Of a stretch of DNA of 64,000 nucleotides, positions 1-9,807 are shown one piece after another (positions within the stretch are counted from its first letter, which is position 1; every line of letters begins with the position of its first letter). The position numbers and the translations under genes are program-made. This stretch comes from Botryllus schlosseri (taxonomy: Eukaryota), in the NCBI GenBank assembly GCA_051294905.1, contig CM119378.1:2730001-2794000 (forward strand), in the 5' to 3' direction. The notes beneath the pieces were generated by a model. It ran no database searches. It was not told the DNA's origin and worked only from the letters and a program-made list of their open reading frames with translations.

Positions 1-1277
1 CTTTCAAAACAGAAATCATCGGCTTGTCACAGTACATCAACAACAGCGAAAACATTTACTGCATACTCATTGCACAGGAAGACAAACAGCGCAAAACAAA
101 ATCTCTGAGCTATCGTCACGACAAGTACGTCAGAGAAGTCAACATGGAAACAGCTAACCTGTACACTGCTGAAAACACTGTTGCCAAACCCACAACAATA
201 GCAAAAGCAGCACGAGTCCAGTACAAAAATGCAATGCTCAAAATGAGAGAAACGATATGGGAATCAATGCCTCTTCATGGACAGCACAAGAAGTTAACTT
301 CACAGCCCCATGTAGACGAGCTTTCATGGACCTGGCTATCCAGCTCTGGCCTGAAACCGGCAAGCGAAGGATTCATTTTCGCAGCACAAGACCAATCGCT
401 TCCTACAAAATACTATCGCAGAAGAATTCTGAAGCAAAACACGGACGGCAAATGCAGAATGTGCCACAACCAAAATGAAACTGTAGCACATCTCATGTCC
501 GGCTGTGGTGCACTTGCAGCTACCGAATACACATGGAGACACAATAGGATTGGTCACTACATTCATCTTGAATTATGCAAACATTTTGACATCACCACTT
601 CGACAAAAAATTGGTATGATTACAGCCCAGCACCAGTGACAGAAAACGAACAAGTAAAAATTCTGTGGGATGTACCAGTTATAACTGACCGCGAAATCAG
701 GAGCAACCGCCCGGATATAATCGTCAAACTAAAAAAGAAAAGAGAATGCTTATTCATTGAAATGGCTGTCCCAGCTGATCACAACCTACTGCAAAAAGAA
801 TCAGAAAAATACTCCAAATACGCAGACCTCAAAATGGAATGTGAGAAAATGTGGCGATGCAAAATAAACATTGTACCGATAGTCATTGGTGCTACAGGGG
901 TCGTGAGCAAAAAACTCATGAGGCATATCCAACAAATTCCGGGTAACGTTCGATTCGACATGATCCAGAAAATCACATTATTGGGCACTGTGCACATTCT
1001 TCGGAAGGCCTTGAATGCACCAATGGACTAAAATTACACTTGTGAATCACAGCATAATTTCTGTAATTTCGATTCTTCATCTTCAATCATCTCTACCTCT
1101 GCCAATTCTTCATCTGCTGCAATTCTGTAATCTGACTTCTCCGTGTATTGCATAGGAATAACAATTTGAATGTATTACTGAAATTTTAAAAATTTACTCC
1201 AATCTCGCCATTTTCCTTTGGGGGCAGGTTGCTCCCCGGATTATGTGTGTATCTACCAGTTTTACTGTGAATAAAGA
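1..1277 (+). mobile_element. 3' portion of R4/Dong-like non-LTR retrotransposon including 3' UTR
   Basis: ORF above, AATAAA at 1270-1275, then an abrupt switch into a reverse-oriented copy of the 28180-28598 MITE family. Confidence 0.75.
24..1031 (+). CDS. C-terminal part of an R4/Dong-clade non-LTR retrotransposon ORF (CCHC knuckle + restriction-like endonuclease); continues upstream of the window
   Basis: Motifs AAQDQSLPT, CRMC..ETVAHLMSGC, RHN, RPDII..EMAV..KYSKY are typical of RLE-type LINEs; frame is open to the stop at 1031. Confidence 0.9.
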   Translation: MSQYINNSENIYCILIAQEDKQRKTKSLSYRHDKYVREVNMETANLYTAENTVAKPTTIAKAARVQYKNAMLKMRETIWESMPLHGQHKKLTSQPHVDELSWTWLSSSGLKPASEGFIFAAQDQSLPTKYYRRRILKQNTDGKCRMCHNQNETVAHLMSGCGALAATEYTWRHNRIGHYIHLELCKHFDITTSTKNWYDYSPAPVTENEQVKILWDVPVITDREIRSNRPDIIVKLKKKRECLFIEMAVPADHNLLQKESEKYSKYADLKMECEKMWRCKINIVPIVIGATGVVSKKLMRHIQQIPGNVRFDMIQKITLLGTVHILRKALNAPMD

Positions 1278-3940
1278 ATATCTACGTACTATAGCTATTG
1301 AACCGACTATTACGAGGGTTCCAACCATTACATATATCGTATACATCGGTAAAATCGGGCGAAAATCGTCCGTACGCTCATTTTACATGTTCTTTGGAGT
1401 GCATTTACACAATTACGGCATAATTATACAACTTAAAAAAACAAATTTGTTTCAAGCAACCATTTGTTTCCAATGCTACCTTAAATATGCTAGTCTCCAG
1501 GCGTTTTTTAAAAATTGTTTTCACAATTCTTTTCCAAAACTCCAAAAATATTCGCGACAATCTCTGAGAGTCTGTGGCTGCACAGTGCACACATATGTGC
1601 CGCGGTACACAGTGAATCAGTGTAAGCTGAACATAATGGATGAAGGTGTACTAAAATGGGGAAGTATTTCATCACGACACGCGTAAAACTTGTTATCAAG
1701 ACAATACATGAGTAAAATCATTCATACGCGCTGTATTATTTTCGACGAGTTCCGCGTACACAACGAAATTTGACATCATTCTTCTTCCCGAGAGATTGTC
1801 CGCAGCAGTCAAGTCACGAAGGTAAATTCCAATTTCAAAACGGAAAAGCTACAAAAACTTTTATAGTTCAGTGCAAAAGCGTTTTAAGCGAACAAGTGCA
1901 TATTGCCTACTGTATAGAATCAAAAGAAATAAACTGAAGATCGTTAATATGAAATATAGTTTTATAAGTTTAACCCAAAACTAAACCAGATATGGCGTGT
2001 CGTGATTCCAAAACACGAATCTACAATGAAGCGTGGCCAATACACTGTAGTATGTATGTATATATTATTGTATGATTAGCTCCAGGGCTTTGGAGCCGGA
2101 GCCGGAGCCCCGAAGCCGTGCAGTTTTACCGGACCTGGAGCCGGAGCCGGAGCATCATAAGATGCTATTATATACGCAGCAACCGTATCTGCTGAGTTCA
2201 CATAATTCAACAGCAGGCCTTCGCGAAATTAAGAATATTTTACTCTTTGGCGCTACCTTTTCCGACTAACCATTTTCCTGGGGATTTAACAGCAGAGCAG
2301 TCATCTGTTCAATGTTCAGTTTTCACACATGAGTGCCGAACCTCGGTATGCGAAATATGCCTGTGAATATTGAGGGGATTCGGCATACCCGGAATTTCAT
2401 CATTAGCATAACCTTGTTGGCCAATTGTATACGGTTCTAAAATAATGATCACTATGTATTACGCGATATTGGAGAGATTAAAAACGTGATTTCTCTGCAC
2501 ATGTCGATATGACGACCACGAGCCGAGAAATTCCATCTCATCGTTGATATGAATCGGATGAGCAAATACTCGTTCTTTCGTGATAGTTCTTTAATCGGGC
2601 CGCGAAATTGGACAGTGTTATTGAGTATGCAATTATGCATGCTAATTGAAATTCATTACTGCGCATCATCGTCATGCACTCCAGTAAGGATTTTCGAGCG
2701 TAAATGGGGAATGGCACAAGAGTAGCCCGGAACCCCATGGTATTTTATGTTGGACACAAATTAATGATTTGATATGCGATTTCCAATTTGTAATCATCTG
2801 TTCCGTATATTCATTCTTGGTGTTTGCTTTATACTCTAGTATTCCCAGATTATCGCGCACTGTGACTTGTAAATGTGCAATGTGCATACTGCATAGTTTA
2901 ATTCGTTATGGGCATAGCGCAATGTGCATGGCACAGTGTTCAATTCGATTTTTCGATTCGTTTCAACGGGAAAATATTATATTCCGATAAATTTGATCGA
3001 CACTGCGGATGGACTGGTAACGAGTGCACCAATATCGAGCGTCAAACCATTGGCCATTTGTTACAAATCGAATTTCGATTGATCACGTCGTTATATCCGC
3101 CGATATTGCTCTTACTACAGTTACAGTTGAATAATAATTAATCGCACATTTAAAGATTGAATTGAGCTGTATGGCTTAATGTTAACGAGTACAGTGGCAG
3201 TGTTAAAACGCCGCATCGGAATTTTAATGCTGTACACAGCAATGGCACGGAGTAAAGTGCGTTCTAGTGCAACTATGATGTTATCGACAATTGACAAGTA
3301 TTCATTATGACGTCACAAGCCGGCACGGCGACACCTATGTCTTCGTTGCTGCATCCGATGTTACTGACGGCTGACAGACTCTAGATTACTATAGATAACT
3401 AACCTACGGGTAAATTAGTAATCTATATAGACCAGGGGTGGCCAACCTTTTCGGCTAAAGGGTCACATGAAATTGACGAACGAGTGCGCTGCCCACTAGC
3501 CGCGCCAGGCGCGTAAAATTTTCAAAGTGAATATTGTTATTACTTGGTTATATTGCGGGTAAGCTGTATACCGCCCGCTGGGCTCAGTTTGCAAGGACAG
3601 GACTATCCGGCACCTGGACATATCGATATCGAAGATTTCCGCTAATATACGACAATCATTTTGTGCCTACATTTCATCGTTGACGATCTTTCTGCGTGCG
3701 CAAACGTGAAAAGACTTTTTCTCGTAATTGCGAATATAGTTAGACTCAATCAGCTAAATCAGGCGTTTTTTCATTTTCAGGTGGGGGTAGGCTACAAAGA
3801 AAGAAATCGGGTGACAATTAAACACACGAAGCGTGAAGAAAAATTCTACGTTTTTTTGTTTATTATAATGTACGACGATTTACTAAAAATGTGACTGGAC
3901 CCTGGATCTGCCAATGCGTCGGAGCTGATATTTTAGTCAT

Positions 3941-4444
3941 TGTAGCCGCAACCCGCAGATCGCGCCACAGGATGGATTGAAATATCTGGCTGCTTATATT
4001 CCCTTTCGGCACAGAGAAAAAGACTCGCTTTGTTGGTGCGTGTTTTCTATTAAAAATGAAATACAATCAGCATTGGCAAGTACGTACTAAGCTAATCAAA
4101 TACAAAGCATCTTACTTGACAATGTGTCTTCCGGGTTTTTTAGTTTATTTAATTTATAGATTTACTTTGACTGTAACGAGATATCAAAACAGTGAGACAA
4201 TGAATGGATTAGCCTAACTAGCCATATTCTAGAAATGCAATAAACCTAACTATTTCTATTCTAATAACTGAACTAATGCCAAAACGATCCTACATCTAAC
4301 ACACGTGCACTAAACAGTGAATTTCACCACGATACGTCAGACCTAGTTACCGCTATGAGGTAACAATGACACAGAGTCCACTTTCTTGCTCGGCGGGAGT
4401 GTGAAGGAGCCACAGCGACACCTTAGGGCCGTACGGCGGCTACA
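3941..4444 (-). repeat. 3' LTR of BEL/Pao element
   Basis: TGTAGCCG...CGGCTACA inverted termini; direct repeat of 8190-8564 + 9817-9945. Confidence 0.95.
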
Positions 4445-4694
4445 TCCTGGCCCCTTGGAAATTCAAAATTTGTTCCGAATTTGGAGATTTCCACACATAC
4501 ACACACTCACGCAGCCAGCAGGTGCTACCAAACGAAATGGTAATTATTTAACGAAGTCACAACTAAAGTTATTCTCTCTTATGTAAGAGGGCAAGCTTAG
4601 AAATACAACAGGTGTACTTTGAAAGTTTAGTCCACAGTGGTTGGTCTAAGAGCAGCTGTGGATTGTTTGACAAGGAGACAAATTTAGAAGTGTA

Positions 4695-7600
4695 TCAGCA
4701 GAAAGGCCTCTCGAGGCGATGTCTGCAGGGATTCAACTTGGACGGTACATTCCACCATCGATACGGGTTGGACCCAACTTTGATTTGGTTGACAAGGTTG
4801 AAAACGAATGTCTTGAAGACTTTGTAGAAGTTTGCCAGATGCCACATTACAGTTATACAGATCGTCCAGAGAAAGGAGAGACCGATTGGAAATATCGGTT
4901 CTTTTGGAAAGTATTTGGCATTGTTGACCTTATAGATTGAGTTCATTTCAGAGTAAGGGAAATCTTTCTTCCGTAGGAGGCGAAACAGATCCTTGTCATC
5001 TTTACAAGCCTTCGCTTGGTGAATCACAGCTCGAACATCTCCTTGGATGCCGACGATATGTTTGTGGACACTGGATGAGACTTCAACCAGGTCCTTTGTC
5101 AAATCTGGCCCCTGTAACAGACCATCATTAAGTGAGATGTCATTATACAGTTCCATTGATTTTTCTGCAGATTCAAGAGACAGTTTATCATTTTGTGACA
5201 GTTCTTGTTTCTCCTTCTTCTTCGAGTCGACAAAATCTCGACACAGCTGACATAAGGATTTGGGCGAATTCGTAGCAGGCTTTGAGAAAAATACCTTTTT
5301 TATTCCGCCTGCCACTTCGGCTGGGCAGTTTATCATCCAGCCAGCAAACGTTCTGGTTGCATAATAGTCATTTGGACCATGAATTACCTCCAAGGGCTTG
5401 TGAAGCCTTCTGTTTTCTTTTCCAATTAATAGTCCAACTTCGGATGCAAGTTTTGGAATACACACGTCTTGGAATTCCGGAAATTGGTTGACATCTTCTT
5501 GTTTGGGAATATCAACGTCCTCAACACCAATACAGTCAGTTGATACTAATGGTGCGAGCGGAGCATATTCTGTGCCATAGAAGTCGGATAACTCAAGATT
5601 ATCGAATATATTACCTTTGTAACCGGATAATCCTGCCAGAGTGCGAAGATCAAATTCTGTTGGACTGCCTTGGAGGCAAAGTTCATTTGCAAGATTTTCA
5701 CTGATGAAGGAAAGATGACTTCCATTGTCAAAGAAAGCGTGTGTAGCAAGATAGCAGTTTGTTCCTCGAATTCTGACGCGGACAGGTGCCACGTTGAGTA
5801 ACACATTTTCTTCAGGTAATTTGGCGAATGCATTGAATTTCACACGTCCTTGAGCCTTTGGAGCGTTTTCTTGGGCCACAGTTGAAGTCACAGAATTTTG
5901 GACGACAGGTTCGCTCGCATTGTCAGAAGAGACTGGATTCACATGCAGGAGTGTTGTATGTTTTCCATTACAATGTTGATACTTGCATGGTTTTTCTCTA
6001 GTACAGTTGTCGGACCAGTGTCCGGGTTGCAAGCATGAGAAGCATAGCTTATTACTTTTCACGAAATCTCTTCTACCAGTAACGTCCATATCACGGAACT
6101 GCTGACACTGATTGAGAAAGTGTTTTTTCTTACATTTTATGCACAATGACCCACAGTCATCCTTGGTGCCTTTATTACCGGCACAAACAGAAGTTGCAAA
6201 GTTTGATTTTGTTTGCCTTACAACCACTGGATTATTCTTTGTACTTTGTTCTTGGGAAGGAACGTTCGACGCTTCACGTACCTTTTTACGCAGGTAAGCA
6301 GACAGATCACTCATTTTCACATCGCACTGCAGTTCATGGAGGATATGGTCCATGACGCTAAGCCAGCCTGACCTCCATTGTGAGGGCATTCTGAGTGCGA
6401 TTTTATCAATTGTCTCCAGCGAGACGGATTGGTAGTTAATACCTTTGAGAGTATTTACACAGGATATAAGGTCAGCGGAAAGAATCGCCAAGCCATCCTG
6501 ATCATGCAACTTTACTTGAGGACCAGAAGATACTGAGTTTAAGCAAGAAGGTCCGATTCGGAACTTTTGGCCATACGTCTCTTGTAATAGTTTCAGGGCT
6601 TCTCTGTAGCAGTTATCAGCATCAAGGTGTAGGCAGCTCTTGACGAGAGTATTTGCTGGTCCTTTGGTGTAACGCATCAAGTAGACCAGTTTTTGTTTTG
6701 GTTCAGTAATTTTGTTTCCAATCGTCGTTTCGAAAATATCCATGAAACTATTGAAATCACTGGGGTTACCAGAAAATATTGGGGGTTCGAAAGGTGGCAA
6801 AAGGTTTTGTTGAATTACTGGCGGAGCTACAGAATACACAACGTTGGCGGGCGAACGAGAGTCATTTTTTATCGAATTCAAAATCGAACTAGGCACTACT
6901 TCTGGGTCAGGTGGCCTTCTCACATCGAAAATAGGCTTATGATTCAAAGCAATGAGCGGAGAAGTTGTAGCTACCATGTTTGTTAGATTTGACATGATGG
7001 GACTATTAGACCAAACCAAGTTAGAAGGTTGATGATAGGCGTTAGTGCCAGATATCACAGTACTAGGGCTACTTATACTCGTACTGCTGGCATTCGTTGC
7101 ACTCACACTACTTGCATTCATAGCACCCACACTGCGAATTGGTAAGGAACAATATGAACTTCCAAGGGGTGAGAAAATAGCCGACGTACCTGTTTCTGAG
7201 AGATTTGGAGTCACCGACGATTCTCGAAGTTGCTGCAGTTCTGGTTTCACCACTGGTGCCAGTGGAACGTTGGCGTTCTCGGATACTGTGACGGAGTTCG
7301 AGCTTGATGTTGGTTGATGCACAATTTGGGTGCTTTTAGAGCCGTTATAGAGTCCCCGTTCAATCATAATTTCCTCGAATTGAGCTTCTGATTGTAGCTT
7401 TTCTCGCTCAGTTCTATCGTCAATTTCTTGTAGGTTATTCCTCAATCTTAGATTCAAAGACCTTCTGCCTTCGAGAGCTTTCTTTTTATGCATTTCGAGT
7501 TTTAGTCGTAACTCCATTCGATACCTCTTTTCTTCTTCTTGACGCCTCTTTTCCTCTTCTTGACGCCTCTTTTCTTCTTCTTCTTGACGTCGTAATTCCT

Positions 7601-8126
7601 GGTAGATCTGTTCCTCTTCAGATCTTATCTGATCTTCGAAGGCGTCATTTTCCTGTTGAAAGCGATGCTGGACGTGTTTTTTGTCCATTTCAGCCTTTTT
7701 GTCGCGGTGAACATCCCTCGAGTGTTGTAAACTGAGTATTTGAGAGTTACTCATATAGCTTGATCCTGTTGCAGTGCTTGAGACGGACGATCGTGATTTC
7801 AGTGATTTGGCAAATACCGGTAGGGTTTTTGGCTTGTTTGAGCAGTGGCTCGATGACAAGGACGACCTGCCTTTGGTCGGCAGGCTCCTAAGAGTCATGG
7901 AATGTGACCTCGATAACTTTGATTTGTGAATCGTCGACACAGCTGACTTTGACTTTTTGTTTTCTTTTTGTTTGTCAGTGTTCGACATTCTTTGGATTTG
8001 TTCGAGGCCAAAAGAACCACTGTTTGTGCCCGCCTGGGCATTGTTTGATTTATCATAACGTACCGGTACTGTCGTTTTCTCTTCGGTCTCCACTAGCAGC
8101 AAGTTTGAATTAGCTTCTTCAGCCAT
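4695..8126 (-). CDS. BEL/Pao Gag-protease polyprotein (1143 aa) with degenerate Pol remnants at the C-terminus
   Basis: Coiled-coil N-terminal region; DUF1759-like Gag (FSGNPSDFNSF...KLVYL...LLQETYG); three BEL Cys-His boxes (CIKCKKKHFLNQC, CFSCLQPGHWSDNC, CKYQHCNGKHTTLLH); aspartic protease FFDNGS; SLNDGLLQGPDL RT start; no YxDD and no integrase core. Confidence 0.93.
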   Translation of the reverse strand: MAEEANSNLLLVETEEKTTVPVRYDKSNNAQAGTNSGSFGLEQIQRMSNTDKQKENKKSKSAVSTIHKSKLSRSHSMTLRSLPTKGRSSLSSSHCSNKPKTLPVFAKSLKSRSSVSSTATGSSYMSNSQILSLQHSRDVHRDKKAEMDKKHVQHRFQQENDAFEDQIRSEEEQIYQELRRQEEEEKRRQEEEKRRQEEEKRYRMELRLKLEMHKKKALEGRRSLNLRLRNNLQEIDDRTEREKLQSEAQFEEIMIERGLYNGSKSTQIVHQPTSSSNSVTVSENANVPLAPVVKPELQQLRESSVTPNLSETGTSAIFSPLGSSYCSLPIRSVGAMNASSVSATNASSTSISSPSTVISGTNAYHQPSNLVWSNSPIMSNLTNMVATTSPLIALNHKPIFDVRRPPDPEVVPSSILNSIKNDSRSPANVVYSVAPPVIQQNLLPPFEPPIFSGNPSDFNSFMDIFETTIGNKITEPKQKLVYLMRYTKGPANTLVKSCLHLDADNCYREALKLLQETYGQKFRIGPSCLNSVSSGPQVKLHDQDGLAILSADLISCVNTLKGINYQSVSLETIDKIALRMPSQWRSGWLSVMDHILHELQCDVKMSDLSAYLRKKVREASNVPSQEQSTKNNPVVVRQTKSNFATSVCAGNKGTKDDCGSLCIKCKKKHFLNQCQQFRDMDVTGRRDFVKSNKLCFSCLQPGHWSDNCTREKPCKYQHCNGKHTTLLHVNPVSSDNASEPVVQNSVTSTVAQENAPKAQGRVKFNAFAKLPEENVLLNVAPVRVRIRGTNCYLATHAFFDNGSHLSFISENLANELCLQGSPTEFDLRTLAGLSGYKGNIFDNLELSDFYGTEYAPLAPLVSTDCIGVEDVDIPKQEDVNQFPEFQDVCIPKLASEVGLLIGKENRRLHKPLEVIHGPNDYYATRTFAGWMINCPAEVAGGIKKVFFSKPATNSPKSLCQLCRDFVDSKKKEKQELSQNDKLSLESAEKSMELYNDISLNDGLLQGPDLTKDLVEVSSSVHKHIVGIQGDVRAVIHQAKACKDDKDLFRLLRKKDFPYSEMNSIYKVNNAKYFPKEPIFPIGLSFLWTICITVMWHLANFYKVFKTFVFNLVNQIKVGSNPYRWWNVPSKLNPCRHRLERPFC

Positions 8127-8564
8127 TTTGGTTTTCTTTGTTGATGAAGGTGTTCCAACGAACAGATTTGAAGATTGTCAAAAAACTAATGTAGCCGCAA
8201 CCCGCAGATCGCGCCACAGGATGGATTGAAATATCTGGCTGCTTATATTCCCTTTCGGCACAGAGAAAAAGACTCGCTTTGTTGGTGCGTGTTTTCTATT
8301 AAAAATGAAATACAATCAGCATTGGCAAGTACGTACTAAGCTAATCAAATACAAAGCATCTTACTTGACAATGTGTCTTCCGGGTTTTTTAGTTTATTTA
8401 ATTTATAGATTTACTTTGACTGTAACGAGATATCAAAACAGTGAGACAATGAATGGATTAGCCTAACTAGCCATATTCTAGAAATGCAATAAACCTAACT
8501 ATTTCTATTCTAATAACTGAACTAATGCCAAAACGATCCTACATCTAACACACGTGCACTAAAC

Positions 8565-9807
8565 GGTAACCAGTGAACTCGGCCCATGACGAACTCGGCC
8601 TATTGAACTCGGCCCATGACGAACTCGGCCCATGACGAACTCGGCCTATTACCAACTCGACGAACTCGGCCTATGACCAACTCGGCCCATGGTGAATTTG
8701 TTGATAAAAATTATTATAAATGTCGTGAATTGTATTAATTCTGTGGAGACAATGGTAAATTGGTGGTGATGGACATGTCGTATCAATGTTATTACCACTG
8801 GGGGCAGTATCGTCAAGGAATAGGGCCTAGACAGAAAAAAACCTCGCACCAACTCAACTATTAATGTGAATTATATTACGATAATTATAATATTATCAAG
8901 TGATTAGGAGGTTAGGATTAGGGTTATGATTAGAGTTAGGTTAGGGTTAGGATTAGGGTTAGCTTAGGGTTAGGATTAGGGTTATGATTAGGGTTAGGTT
9001 AGGGTAAGGGTTATGATTAGAGTTAGGTTAGGGTTAGGATTAGGGTTAGCTTAGGATTAGGTTAGGGTTATGATTAGGGTTATGATTAGGGTTAGGTTAG
9101 GATTAGGGTTAGGTTAGGATTAGGGTTAGGTTAGGGTTAGGTTAGGATTAGGGTTAGGTTAGGATTAGGGTTAGGTTAGGATTAGGGTTAGGTTAGGGTT
9201 AGGGACAGACAGACCTGACTTTAGATTCATACGACTTGCCCACGTGTTATGACGGCGGCAAGTAAAACTTCCAATTCCGAGAACTGCAATACTGCCCCCC
9301 CCCCCCCGCCCTATTGGGAATAGCATTCGTACGACATGTCCATCACTCCCAAATTAACCATTTTCTCCGAGAAATAATACAATTTACGACGTTTATAATC
9401 ATTAATACTAAGAAATTCCCCACAGGCCGAGTTGGTCATAGGCCGAGTTCGTCATGGGCCGAGTTCGTCATAAGCCGCGGTGGTCATGGGCCGAGTTCGT
9501 CATAGGCCGAGTTCGTCATGGGCCGAATTCGTCATGGGCCGAGTTCACTGGCAATCCCCACGTGTTATGACGGCGGCTAGTAAAACTTCCAATTCCGAGG
9601 ACTGCAATACTGCCCTCCCCCCAGCATTCGTACGACATGTCCATCACTCCCAAATTAACCATTTTCTCCGACAAATAATACAATTTACGACGTTTATAAT
9701 CATTAATACTAAGAAATTCCCCACGGGCCGAGTTGGTCATAGGCCGAGTTCGTCATGGGCCGAGTTCAATAGGCCGAGTTCGTCATGGGCCGAGTTCACT
9801 GGCAACC
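8565..9807. mobile_element. MULE-like non-autonomous foldback element with tandem-repeat TIRs and telomere-like core
   Basis: Perfect 9-bp TSD GCACTAAAC (8556-8564, 9808-9816); termini GGTAACCAGTGAACTCGGCC / GGCCGAGTTCACTGGCAACC; ~250-bp inverted arms containing GAACTCGGCCCATGAC units. Confidence 0.9.
8904..9204 (+). repeat. Degenerate telomere-like array (TTAGGG/TTAGG/TTAGGA/TTATGA)
   Basis: Directly visible; lies between the inverted arms of the 8565-9807 element. Confidence 0.95.

Noticed and set aside
1243..3894. Short ORFs of 60-150 aa here and throughout the window
   Set aside because: They lie in non-coding MITE or repeat sequence, show no recognisable motifs, and many use non-ATG starts.
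4695..8126. Domesticated host Gag gene
   Set aside because: Flanked by identical-looking LTRs and a perfect TSD inside a MITE, so it is a recent insertion.
8570..8690. Regular short repeats (also 9420-9550, 9725-9800) resembling a CRISPR array
   Set aside because: No unique spacers, no cas genes, eukaryotic context; they are tandem units of transposon TIRs.
8904..9204. True telomere or chromosome-fusion scar
   Set aside because: Degenerate, single orientation, and enclosed by TIRs and a 9-bp TSD inside an LTR.
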